Assembly (NCBI GenBank): GCA_025359425.1
Contig: JANYGC010000120.1
Span: 7,931-71,930, forward strand
From: Sphingomonadaceae bacterium
GTDB lineage: Bacteria; Pseudomonadota; Alphaproteobacteria; Sphingomonadales; Sphingomonadaceae
Length of the DNA: 64,000 bases
Direction of reading: 5' to 3'
This document shows positions 44,042-52,950 of this stretch, piece after piece. Each line of letters opens with the position of its first letter. Within the stretch, counting starts at the first letter, position 1. Below the pieces are notes generated by a model. That model was not told the DNA's origin, made no database searches, and worked only from the letters and a program-made list of their open reading frames with translations. Position numbers and translations under genes: made by a program.

Positions 44042-45505
44042 ATGCGGTCCGTTTGGGCCTGCCTAATTGGCCTTGTTGTTTTCTTGGTCATGCTCGCTGT
44101 GCCGGCTCCAACCGGATTGTCGGCAGCTGGCTGGCATGTCGCGGCAATTCTGGCAATCATGGTCGTCTGGTGGATTGGAGAAGCGGTGCCACCGCCCGTG
44201 ACGGGGCTCCTGCCGCTCATGCTCTTGCCTGTGCTTGGCGTGATGCCAATTGAAGAAACCGTGCGCGCACACGCCTCGCCGCTCCTCGCTTTGACGCTTG
44301 GCGGCATCGTGCTTGCAGCAGCAGCGCGCAAGGCGGGTCTGCACTGGCGGATTGCCCGGCTGGCCGTGCGAGTGTCAGGCGCGTCGCCGCATCGCCTGAT
44401 CCTGGCAGTCATGATCCTCTGCGCGTTTGTTGCGATGTGGATAGCGACAAGTGTCGCTGTCACGATCATGATGGAGGTCGCGGTTGCGTTGACCGCATCA
44501 GTGACCGTCGGAATGCCACGCGAAGACCCCCAGGCGCGCAACTTCGCTTGCGCGATGATTATTGGCGTCGCCTATGCATGCATGTTCGGCAGCCTTGCGA
44601 CGTTGACCGGCAATCCGATGAACGCGCTCGCAGCAGGGATGCTCCAGAAACATACGGGAGAGTCGCTCACTTTTCTCGACTGGATGGCATTCGGCTTGCC
44701 CGTCACGCTTGCGGGTGTCCCGCTATCTTGGTGGATCCTGACAAAGATCGCCTTTCGCTTCCGGTTGACTGCGGCGGGTGGCGGCGTAGCGTCTTATGCT
44801 CTTCCCGACGCAAACAAATGGTCCGGTCAGGAGCGGGGCGTCATTGCAATATTTGCAGTTGCTATCGCCTTCTGGCTGGGAATGCCGCTGCTGCGACTGA
44901 TCCTGCCTGGCGCGTCGGATGCCGGTATTGCGGTTGCAGCTGCAATCCTGCTGTTCGTGCTACCGGGAGGCAGCGGGCAGCGCATGGTCGAGTGGTCCGA
45001 TCTCGACAGACTCCCTTGGGGCATCCTGCTTATCATCGCCGGGGTAATAGCAATGGGCGCAGCTATCGGTCAGACGGGGCTTGATCAGTGGCTAGCAGCG
45101 CCACTCCGTGACATCCACGCAGTCTCGCCGTGGCTGGCGATCGTGCTGCTCGCACTGTGCACGGCATGGCTGACCGAACTGGTCAACAACATTGCGCTGG
45201 TCACGATCGGCGTGCCAGTTGCGATTGCCTTGGCGACTGGGTTGGGCGTCGATCCGGTCCCCTTTGCGTTCGTTGCTGCCGTGTGCGCCAGTCTCGGCTT
45301 CATCGTTCCCGGCCCGCCCTGGCTGGCCATTGCGGTTTCAACGCCTCCAGTGCGGGTGCCCGATCTCGCACGGGCAGGCGCACTCATGCTTATCATTGCA
45401 CCGCTCGTCATTGCAGCGTCGGCGCTGTTTAACGGCGTGGCTCACGAACCGAAGGGAGGATCCAACCGTGACATTGCTGCGTTCCGAAACAGTGCCGCGC
45501 CTTAA
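44042..45505 (+). CDS. DASS/SLC13-family anion (di/tricarboxylate or sulfate):cation symporter
   Basis: 487 aa, highly hydrophobic, with AGGGGA upstream of the ATG. N-terminal block AILAIMVVWWIGEAVPPPVTGLLPLMLLPVLGV is typical of DASS/ArsB-NhaD-superfamily permeases. Family call from memory. Confidence 0.7.
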   Translation: MRSVWACLIGLVVFLVMLAVPAPTGLSAAGWHVAAILAIMVVWWIGEAVPPPVTGLLPLMLLPVLGVMPIEETVRAHASPLLALTLGGIVLAAAARKAGLHWRIARLAVRVSGASPHRLILAVMILCAFVAMWIATSVAVTIMMEVAVALTASVTVGMPREDPQARNFACAMIIGVAYACMFGSLATLTGNPMNALAAGMLQKHTGESLTFLDWMAFGLPVTLAGVPLSWWILTKIAFRFRLTAAGGGVASYALPDANKWSGQERGVIAIFAVAIAFWLGMPLLRLILPGASDAGIAVAAAILLFVLPGGSGQRMVEWSDLDRLPWGILLIIAGVIAMGAAIGQTGLDQWLAAPLRDIHAVSPWLAIVLLALCTAWLTELVNNIALVTIGVPVAIALATGLGVDPVPFAFVAAVCASLGFIVPGPPWLAIAVSTPPVRVPDLARAGALMLIIAPLVIAASALFNGVAHEPKGGSNRDIAAFRNSAAP

Positions 45506-46011
45506 TTTAGAGCACAGATAGACTCGGGGTCGATTGCGCGTCCGACCGGGTTCTCGGCGAACTTGGACGATCGAAGCCAGTCGTGCTGTTCGTCCTGTGT
45601 GCTAAAGCTGTCCACCTTCAACTCGACCTGATTGCCGTCAGGGTCTGCATAGTAGAAAGACGTCGAGGAACCATGATCGGTTGCGCGGGCGGGGATGATC
45701 CCCAGCGACTTTAGTCGTATGTAAGTCGCGGCCAGTTCGTCGAGGTCGCCGTAGGTAAAGGCCAAGTGATCGAGGCCTGCTGCATTCGCGGGGCGCTCGA
45801 CCGTTCCCGGCCGGGCGATGATTGCGAGCCTGTGGTTCTGCTCGTCGAACGAAATAAAGGCGATGGAGTCGTTGCGGAACGCGACATCGGCGTGGAGCAC
45901 CGCACAATACCAGTCGACCATGGGGCCGAGCCGCGCAGTCCTGAGGCCGGCATGCTCAAACTTCAGTGGGGCCAACCTGCCTTGCTCGCGCGCAGTCGGA
46001 TAAGCAGCCAT
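45502..46011 (-). CDS. VOC-family (glyoxalase / extradiol dioxygenase-like) protein
   Basis: ATG at 46011 with AGGAGAG upstream. 169 aa. HAGLRTARLGPMVDWYCAVL... and GLDHLAFTY... blocks are typical of a VOC beta-alpha-beta-beta-beta module. Its stop overlaps the transporter stop (TTAA). Confidence 0.7.
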   Translation of the reverse strand: MAAYPTAREQGRLAPLKFEHAGLRTARLGPMVDWYCAVLHADVAFRNDSIAFISFDEQNHRLAIIARPGTVERPANAAGLDHLAFTYGDLDELAATYIRLKSLGIIPARATDHGSSTSFYYADPDGNQVELKVDSFSTQDEQHDWLRSSKFAENPVGRAIDPESICALN

Positions 46012-46091
46012 GATTGCTCTCCTACAGGACGGATAGAGGCTACCAGAAAGTCTTAATATTAGCAACCCGACCCATTTGGATTACCCATTTT

Positions 46092-46119
46092 GGTGTCACA
46101 ACCGGTCGGTTTTGACACC
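46092..46119. promoter_or_regulatory. Palindrome copy 2, GGTGTCACAACCG-GT-CGGTTTTGACACC. Candidate operator upstream of the VOC gene.
   Basis: 13-bp arms with one mismatch, same core as 43828-43853. About 80 nt upstream of the minus-strand start at 46011. Confidence 0.45.
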
Positions 46120-46293
46120 GACGACCAGCTCACGCTGTTAAGCCGTCCGCCAAGTTTCACAAACGCAGATCAGACAATGTCCGCTTGCGATGCCGAAGCC
46201 AGTGACCCGGTACGTCTGATAAGTTGTCGTTTCCTGACGGTCCACTTTGGGCAAGGGCAAGCAGGAAGCTGTCGAATGATTTGTCCAGACCTC

Positions 46294-47094
46294 CTAACCA
46301 ACCAGCCGCATCCGGAAGAACTCCAGGATCTCGTCACGCGCCTGCACGGTGGGCTGGCCGGCCTCATCGATCAGGTGGAGTGTGACGACGCTGTGCGGGT
46401 TTTTCATCGGCGTATTGGGATTGGCGGCACCATCCGCCAGCACGCGCGGTTCGAACCGGTCGCCGAGGGCTGCGGCGAAAGCGGCGAAGCGTTCGGCTTT
46501 GCAGAAGCTGTCGCCTTCGAACCGGTAGGCGCGCACGGTCAGGTCTTCGGTATCCATCCGCGCCTTGACCGCCTTGAGTTCGTCGGGGCCGATCCCCATG
46601 CCGGCGGCGTTGTTCAGCGGCAGCGACGGCTGCGCCATCACCGGCGCGAGCACGGCGGGTTCGAGCATCATCGACAGCGCGAAGTTGCCGGTGAAGCACA
46701 TCCCGATCGCGCCCACGCCCTTGCCGCCGCATTCCTGGTGCGCGAGTGCCGCCAATGCGCGCAGCCACTGGGTGATCGGGCTTGAGGCATTGGCGCTGAG
46801 CGCGCGGAATTCTTTCGAGATGCAGGCCCGCGCGATCGTCGTGACCGCAGTCAGCACAGTCGGCACCGCGCCGTCCTTGCCGAACATGTGCGGCATATAG
46901 ACGGTGAACCCGGCATCGCGCACCCACCGCGCGAACCGCGCCACATGCGGGCTGATCCCGGGCATTTCGGTCATCACCACCACCGCCGGACCGCTCCCGG
47001 CGATGTAAACCAGCCGGGTCTGGCCATTGAGCGTAATTTCACGCCGGGTGAAATCGTCCAGCGCATCGGTCTGGTTGAGTGGACGGTTTGGCAT
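46294..47094 (-). CDS. Dienelactone hydrolase-family alpha/beta hydrolase
   Basis: ATG at 47094 with GGGGGA upstream. 266 aa. GAIGMCFTGNFA is a Cys-type nucleophile elbow as in dienelactone hydrolases. Confidence 0.7.
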   Translation of the reverse strand: MPNRPLNQTDALDDFTRREITLNGQTRLVYIAGSGPAVVVMTEMPGISPHVARFARWVRDAGFTVYMPHMFGKDGAVPTVLTAVTTIARACISKEFRALSANASSPITQWLRALAALAHQECGGKGVGAIGMCFTGNFALSMMLEPAVLAPVMAQPSLPLNNAAGMGIGPDELKAVKARMDTEDLTVRAYRFEGDSFCKAERFAAFAAALGDRFEPRVLADGAANPNTPMKNPHSVVTLHLIDEAGQPTVQARDEILEFFRMRLVG

Positions 47095-47189
47095 CGTTAT
47101 CCCCCTGTTCGCCGCCGATAGTGGCAGCGCCGGGCGCGGGCGGCAAATGCCTTTCCCAAGTGCCTGCAATCCATGCCAAAGTGCGGGTG

Positions 47190-49676
47190 ATGTCGCTTGA
47201 CCTGCTCCCCCCCGAACTTGCTGGCTGGTTCGCCGCGCGCGGCTGGACAGTGCGGCGGCACCAGCGTGAGATGCTCGAGGTCGCGGCGGGCGGGCGGCAC
47301 GCGCTGCTGGTCGCCGATACCGGCGCGGGCAAGACGCTCGGCGGGTTCTTGCCGACTCTGGCGGACTTCTGTCCCTCGCGGCTGGACGGTGCGCCGCCGC
47401 CCGAGGGCCTGCACACGCTCTATGTCTCGCCGCTGAAAGCGCTCGCGCACGATGTGCAGCGCAACCTGCTGACCCCGGTGGAGGAGCTCGGGCTCAAGAT
47501 GCGGGTCGAGGTGCGCAGCGGCGATACGCCGTCTGACCGCAAGGCGCGGCAACGGGTCAAGCCGCCGCATGTGCTGCTGACCACGCCCGAATCGCTCTCG
47601 CTGCTCCTGTCTTATCCCGAATCCGCCGCGCTGTTCAGCACCCTCAAGCGGGTGGTGATCGACGAGGTCCACGCCTTCGCGCCGACCAAGCGCGGCGATC
47701 TGCTCGCGCTCGCACTGACCCGGCTGCAAGCCTTGTCGCCGGGTCTCCAGCGCGCCGCTCTATCTGCCACCCTGGCCGATCCCGACGCCTTTCGCGGCTG
47801 GCTCGCGCCGTGGGGCGATCTCGATTCGGTGGCGCTGGTGCTGGGCGAGGACGGCGCGCCGCCCGAGCTGTCGATCCTGCTGCCCGAGGATGCGCGGGTG
47901 CCGTGGGGCGGGCACGCCGCCGCCTGGGCGGTGCCGCAGCTGATCGCGGCGATCAAGGCCAACCGGACCACCCTAGTGTTCTGTAACACGCGGTTCCTTG
48001 CCGAATTCATCTTTCAGCGCCTGTGGGAAGCCAACGACGGCAACCTGCCGATCGGAATCCACCACGGTTCATTGTCGAAAGAGGCGCGGCGCAAGGTCGA
48101 GGGGGCGATGGCGCGCGGCGAATTGCGCGCGCTGGTCGCCACCGCCAGCCTCGATCTGGGGGTCGACTGGGGCGACATCGACCTGGTGGTGCAAATGGGC
48201 GCGCCCAAGGGTTCTTCGCGGCTGCTGCAACGGATCGGGCGGGCGGGGCACCGGCTCGATACGCCCAGCCGTGCGCTGCTGGTCCCGGGCAACCGCTTCG
48301 AATTCCTCGAGGCGATGGCGGCGCAGCAGGCGGTCAACGAAGGCCAGCGCGATGGTGAGGCGTTCCGCCCCGGCGGGCTCGATGTGCTCGCGCAGCACGT
48401 CATGGTTTGCGCCTGCGCCGGGCCGTTCGCTGGCGCGGCGCTGCTGGATGAAGTGCGCAGTTCGCTGGCTTACGCGTGGCTCGACACCGCGCAGTGGGAG
48501 CGGGTGCTCGAATTCGTCGCGACGGGCGGTTATGCGCTCAAGGCCTACGACCGCTTCCGCCGGATTACGCGGTTCAAGGACGAGAGCGGCAACGAGCTGT
48601 GGCGGCTGACGCACCCCGAACAGGCGGCGCGGTTTCGGCTCAACGCCGGGATCATCATCGATAGCGAGATGGTCGAGGTGGTGTTCCGGGGGCGTGGTCC
48701 GGGAAGAGGGGGCAAGTCACTCGGGCGGGTCGAGGAAAGTTTCGCTGCGAACCTGCGCCCCGGCGACACGATCCGCTTCGCCGGGCTCGCGCTTGAAGTC
48801 GAAGCGATGAAGGAGACCCAGCTGGTGGTCCGCGCCGCGAAGCAGGACGGCCAGATCCCCAGTTACATGGGCCAGCGCATGGCGATGACCACGCACCTGT
48901 CGGGCCGGGTCCAGGCGCTGCTCGCCGATCGCGCAGGGTGGGCGCGGTTCCCCGACGATGTGCGCGAATGGCTCGAGGTGCAGGACTGGCGCTCCGAACT
49001 GCCCGCGCCGGGCAAGCTGCTGGTCGAGAGCTTTCCGCACGGCGGGCGGCATTACACGGTGTTCTACACGTTTGAAGGCTGGCCGGCCAACCAGTCGCTC
49101 GGGATGCTGCTGACCCGGCGAATGGAACAGCGCGGGCTGTTGCCGCTCGGGTTTGTGGCGAACGATTATGCGCTCGCAGTCTGGGGGCTGCGCGCGGTCG
49201 ATGATCCGGCGGCGCTGCTCACGGCCGAGATCCTGGGCGATGAATTCGCGGCCTGGGTGCAGGACAGCTACCTCCTGCGCCGCGCCTTCCGCGAGGTGGC
49301 GGTGATCGCTGGACTGGTCGAGCGACAGCAGCCCGGCACCCGCAAGACCGGACGGCAAGTAACCTTTTCGACCGACCTGATTTACGACGTGCTGCGCAAG
49401 TATGAGCCCGGCCACTTGCTGATCGAGGCCGCCTGGGCCGATGCGCGCGCGCGGATGACCGACGTCGGGCGGCTGGCCGACTTGCTCGAACGGGCGGCCC
49501 ATGAACTGCGCCACGTCAAGCTCGACCGGGTCAGCCCGCTGGCGGTCCCAGTGCTGGTGATGATCGGGCGCGAAGCGGTGCCGCAAGGCATGGCCGACGA
49601 CGAGCTGCTGCTTGAAGCGGAGGGGCTGGCCGGGGCGGCGATGCGGATCGATCCGGGCGAAGTGCCGAGCGACTAG
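47190..49676 (+). CDS. Lhr-type DEXH-box helicase (ligase-associated DNA damage response helicase-like)
   Basis: ATG at 47190 (MSLDLLPPELAGWF...). Motif I ADTGAGKT, motif II VVIDEVHAF (DEVH), motif VI QRIGRAGHR. About 828 aa. Confidence 0.85.
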   Translation: MSLDLLPPELAGWFAARGWTVRRHQREMLEVAAGGRHALLVADTGAGKTLGGFLPTLADFCPSRLDGAPPPEGLHTLYVSPLKALAHDVQRNLLTPVEELGLKMRVEVRSGDTPSDRKARQRVKPPHVLLTTPESLSLLLSYPESAALFSTLKRVVIDEVHAFAPTKRGDLLALALTRLQALSPGLQRAALSATLADPDAFRGWLAPWGDLDSVALVLGEDGAPPELSILLPEDARVPWGGHAAAWAVPQLIAAIKANRTTLVFCNTRFLAEFIFQRLWEANDGNLPIGIHHGSLSKEARRKVEGAMARGELRALVATASLDLGVDWGDIDLVVQMGAPKGSSRLLQRIGRAGHRLDTPSRALLVPGNRFEFLEAMAAQQAVNEGQRDGEAFRPGGLDVLAQHVMVCACAGPFAGAALLDEVRSSLAYAWLDTAQWERVLEFVATGGYALKAYDRFRRITRFKDESGNELWRLTHPEQAARFRLNAGIIIDSEMVEVVFRGRGPGRGGKSLGRVEESFAANLRPGDTIRFAGLALEVEAMKETQLVVRAAKQDGQIPSYMGQRMAMTTHLSGRVQALLADRAGWARFPDDVREWLEVQDWRSELPAPGKLLVESFPHGGRHYTVFYTFEGWPANQSLGMLLTRRMEQRGLLPLGFVANDYALAVWGLRAVDDPAALLTAEILGDEFAAWVQDSYLLRRAFREVAVIAGLVERQQPGTRKTGRQVTFSTDLIYDVLRKYEPGHLLIEAAWADARARMTDVGRLADLLERAAHELRHVKLDRVSPLAVPVLVMIGREAVPQGMADDELLLEAEGLAGAAMRIDPGEVPSD

Positions 49677-50131
49677 CGCAAGGCTGGCAGCAAGGCTGCC
49701 TTGCCGAACGCGGCGTACTGTTCGTTGCCAATAAAGGCGAAGTTGGTGAGCCCGGCGAGCTTGATCAGGCGAAGGATCCGCGCGGACGAACCGTAAGGCG
49801 CAGCGCCGGCTGGACGGAAGCGCACCAGCGATTCGGGGCTGGTTCTGGCGGCTCGCTGCAACACCGTGAACAGCTCGGCCTCACCGAGCGGCGCACCGTT
49901 CCAGGCCAGCTGGCCGTTTGCGGCGACGGTGAGGTCGTTCTGCCTGAGCAGCTCGGGATGCGCGTCGATCGGCGAGGGTACCGGCAAGTCGATCGGCACT
50001 TGATTTACCGCGGCCGGAACCGCGAGGATGAACATCACCAGCAAAACCAGCATCACGTCGATCAGCGGCGTGGTGTTCATCTCTCCGAGCGGCGGTCCGA
50101 AGGTTGCCGGGGTGCTTGCTGCTTGGGTCAT
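49673..50131 (-). CDS. exbD: ExbD/TolR-family biopolymer transport protein (third copy, separate transcription unit)
   Basis: 152 aa. MNTTPLIDVMLVLLVMFIL. Lies downstream of a terminator at 50217-50243. Confidence 0.85.
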   Translation of the reverse strand: MTQAASTPATFGPPLGEMNTTPLIDVMLVLLVMFILAVPAAVNQVPIDLPVPSPIDAHPELLRQNDLTVAANGQLAWNGAPLGEAELFTVLQRAARTSPESLVRFRPAGAAPYGSSARILRLIKLAGLTNFAFIGNEQYAAFGKAALLPALR

Positions 50132-50216
50132 GTCGCTGCTCCTTCATGCCTGCGCATAGATGAGACAGTATAACATTAAAATGTCAAGGTGGATCTGCAG
50201 AAGCCACGCGCCCACG

Positions 50217-50243
50217 AAAAAGGGGGCGGATCGCTCCGCCCCC
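50217..50243 (-). terminator. Rho-independent terminator after the second exbD
   Basis: On the minus strand: GGGGGCGGA-GCGA-TCCGCCCCC followed by TTTTT. 9-bp GC stem, 4-nt loop, U-tract. Confidence 0.8.
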
Positions 50244-50268
50244 TCGTTCGCATGGTTGTGCGTCCAGC

Positions 50269-50724
50269 TTACTTGGCGGGCGGCGCGTTTGCGGCCTTGC
50301 TGAACTGGATGAATTGCTCGTTGCCGACAAACCCGAAGGCCGACACACCCGATCCCTTGATGATGTTCAGGACCTTGGCGGTGGTATCGTAAGCCGCCTG
50401 CGGATCGGGCTGGAACTGCAATTCGGGCTCGGGCTTGATCTTGAGCGTTGCTTGCAGCTGGTACAATAACTGGCCTGGATCAACTGGCTGGTTGTTCCAG
50501 GTGATCACATTGGTCGGCGTGACCGAGACCTTGTTCTTGTCGTGCTTTGGAGGTGGGACAAGCGGCGGCGGCGTGGGTGCCGGCAGATCGATGTTCACGG
50601 CGTGAGTCGCCACAGGGATGGTGATGATGAACATGATGAGGAGGACGAGCATGACGTCGATAAGCGGCGTCGTGTTCATTTCCATCATCGGCGTGCCATC
50701 ATCGCTGCCGCCTGACATAGACAT
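50269..50724 (-). CDS. exbD: ExbD/TolR-family protein (second copy)
   Basis: 151 aa. MNTTPLIDVMLVLLIMFIITIP. Confidence 0.85.
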   Translation of the reverse strand: MSMSGGSDDGTPMMEMNTTPLIDVMLVLLIMFIITIPVATHAVNIDLPAPTPPPLVPPPKHDKNKVSVTPTNVITWNNQPVDPGQLLYQLQATLKIKPEPELQFQPDPQAAYDTTAKVLNIIKGSGVSAFGFVGNEQFIQFSKAANAPPAK

Positions 50725-50759
50725 GGTGGGGTGCTCCTAAAAAGTTGGTTCTGCGGCGC

Positions 50760-51293
50760 TTAGCCGTTGGGATCGACCGGCGTCGAGATGAACCCGACAG
50801 TCGGATAACCGGCGTACTGGACGTTGGCCACCACACCCGCGACACAGCGCCACGGTGCGTTCTGGTCACCGCGAATGTGCACCTCGGGGATCTGCTCGGG
50901 GTTGTTCTTGATCGCTTCGACCCCGCCGGCCCGTTCGATAATCTTCCTGAGCCGAGTGGCCGAAAGTTCGAGCAGTTCGGTCGAATCGACCGGTGTGATG
51001 CCGTTGAAGTACACGCGGCATTCACCGCCGGTCTGTGCGCCTTCGAACCCGGGGTCACCGGCCGAACGGCCGCCGCTGTCGGTGGTGCTCACGGTGAGCA
51101 GCAGGTTCTCGACCTTGTCCTTCGATTCTTGCGAAGGGAAGATCGGGATACGCAGCTTCTGAATCGACTGGATGGCGATCGGAACCGCGATCAGGAAGAT
51201 GATCAGAAGCACCAGCATCACGTCCACCAGCGGCGTGGTATTGATGTCCGACATCGGCTTCTCTTCGCCGCCGCCGCCTACTGACATTGCCAT
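50760..51293 (-). CDS. exbD: ExbD/TolR-family protein (first copy, longer)
   Basis: 177 aa. INTTPLVDVMLVLLIIFLIAVP. Confidence 0.85.
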   Translation of the reverse strand: MAMSVGGGGEEKPMSDINTTPLVDVMLVLLIIFLIAVPIAIQSIQKLRIPIFPSQESKDKVENLLLTVSTTDSGGRSAGDPGFEGAQTGGECRVYFNGITPVDSTELLELSATRLRKIIERAGGVEAIKNNPEQIPEVHIRGDQNAPWRCVAGVVANVQYAGYPTVGFISTPVDPNG

Positions 51294-51416
51294 GGGTTAA
51301 ATCCTATCCTTAGCATTTGCCCCGGACCGCCGACTTGCACAGCGTGAACTATCCGGTTCGATCCGGGCCGCCGGGCAGCCTGTAGAAGGCCGCCCGGCAA
51401 AGCCCGGCATGGCGAA

Positions 51417-52214
51417 TTACGGCTTGGGCGTGGTGTTCATGTTGGTCATCGGAGCAGTGGCGGGCTTGGGCGGAACTGCCTTGGCAGCCGGTGCCGCAGC
51501 AAACGCCGGCTTGACCACACCCTTGGAATTGATGTTGGCCAGCACGTCGGTCGAGAAGCCCTGAAGATGCTCGGCGATGCGCTTGTTGCGGGCCTGCAGG
51601 AAGTTGTAGGCGAGCACGGCCGGAACCGCGACGAGCAGGCCCAGCGCGGTCATGATCAGTGCTTCACCGACCGGACCCGCGACCTTGTCGATCGAGGCCG
51701 AACCGGCGATGCCGATGGCGATCAGCGCGCCGTAAATCCCGACCACGGTCCCGAACAGTCCGACGAACGGCGAGGTTGCACCCACCGTTGCAAGGAACGG
51801 CAGGCCCGAAGCCAGCCGCGCATTGATCGACTGTTCCGAACGCGCGAGCGAGCCGGTCAGCCAGTCATGCGCGTCGGTCTCGTTGACCATCTTGCTGTGC
51901 TGGTCTTCGGCGGTCAGGCCGTCTTCGACGATCTGGCGCCAGGCACTGTTCTTTTCGAGCTTGGCCGATCCCTCGCGGATCGACGGCGCACGCCAGAACG
52001 AGCTGCGCATGTCGGTGTACTGCTTCATGATCTTCTTCTGTTCGATCCACTTGGTGATCAGGATGAAGAACGTGCCGAACGACATGATCCCCAGAATCAC
52101 CACCGTGGTGATCGAGATCCAGTTGGGCTTACCGCCCGGCATCAGGGCTTCCATGAAGCCGAACTTGTTTTGCGGGGCTGCGTTGGCAGCAGCGGTGAGA
52201 ATGTCAAAAATCAT
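51417..52214 (-). CDS. exbB: MotA/TolQ/ExbB proton-channel protein
   Basis: 265 aa. C-terminal block LPFLATVGATSPFVGLFGTVVGIYGAL...VGEALIMTALGLLVAVPAVLAYN. Confidence 0.9.
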   Translation of the reverse strand: MIFDILTAAANAAPQNKFGFMEALMPGGKPNWISITTVVILGIMSFGTFFILITKWIEQKKIMKQYTDMRSSFWRAPSIREGSAKLEKNSAWRQIVEDGLTAEDQHSKMVNETDAHDWLTGSLARSEQSINARLASGLPFLATVGATSPFVGLFGTVVGIYGALIAIGIAGSASIDKVAGPVGEALIMTALGLLVAVPAVLAYNFLQARNKRIAEHLQGFSTDVLANINSKGVVKPAFAAAPAAKAVPPKPATAPMTNMNTTPKP

Positions 52215-52290
52215 GCGAAAGTCCTCTCAAGCAGAAAAAGTTAAACAGTGTCATGGGGCCGCACCCTGCAAGGCTGCGGCCCGAAATCGG

Positions 52291-52950
52291 TCAGTCGGTC
52301 GGGATCACCCAGCGGATACGGTTCGAATAGCTTCCCGACGTCGGGTTGCCTTCACCGTCGGTGGCCGGGGTAAACCGGCCACGGCGGGTGACGTTCGAAC
52401 AGGTTGCCTCGTCAAGGTCCGGGCTGCCGCTCGATCCGGTGACGCTGCAGCTGGTGACGCGGCCATCCGGGCCAACAGAAACCCGGAAGCTGGCGGTCCC
52501 GGCCCGTTCTTCACGCAAGGCGCGGGTCGGATAGTCGTTGGTTGTCGCCCAGCTGGCCGGGTTGCCCTTGGGCACGGCTGGCTTGGGCTGAATCCGCGGC
52601 GGCGGCGGTGCGGCCGGAGCTGGGGGTGCCGCACGTGGGATCTCAACCGGTGCAACGTACGGCGCCTGGGCTACCGTTTCAACTGGCGGCGGCCGCGTGT
52701 TGATATTCATCAGCGGCGGCGGCACCACGATCGGTGGCGGAGCCGCATCCTTCTTGGGTGGCGGCGGCTTTTCCTCCTTCTTGGGTTCGTCCTTCTTGAT
52801 ATCGATGGTCGTCACCTTTTTGACTATCGCCTTGTAGCCTTCGTAGGCCAAGCCGGTAACCAGCGCATAGCCCAAGGCTAAGTGCAACAAGGCAACGACG
52901 ACGAAAGTAGCAACCTTGTTGCCGCTCATTTCTTGGTCAGCGTAAGCCAT
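52291..52950 (-). CDS. tonB: Energy transducer TonB
   Basis: 219 aa. N-terminal TM segment, Pro/Lys-rich spacer (KKDEPKKEEKPPPPKKDAAPPP), and C-terminal TonB domain (YPTRALREERAGTASFRVSVGPDGRV). Confidence 0.9.
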   Translation of the reverse strand: MAYADQEMSGNKVATFVVVALLHLALGYALVTGLAYEGYKAIVKKVTTIDIKKDEPKKEEKPPPPKKDAAPPPIVVPPPLMNINTRPPPVETVAQAPYVAPVEIPRAAPPAPAAPPPPRIQPKPAVPKGNPASWATTNDYPTRALREERAGTASFRVSVGPDGRVTSCSVTGSSGSPDLDEATCSNVTRRGRFTPATDGEGNPTSGSYSNRIRWVIPTD

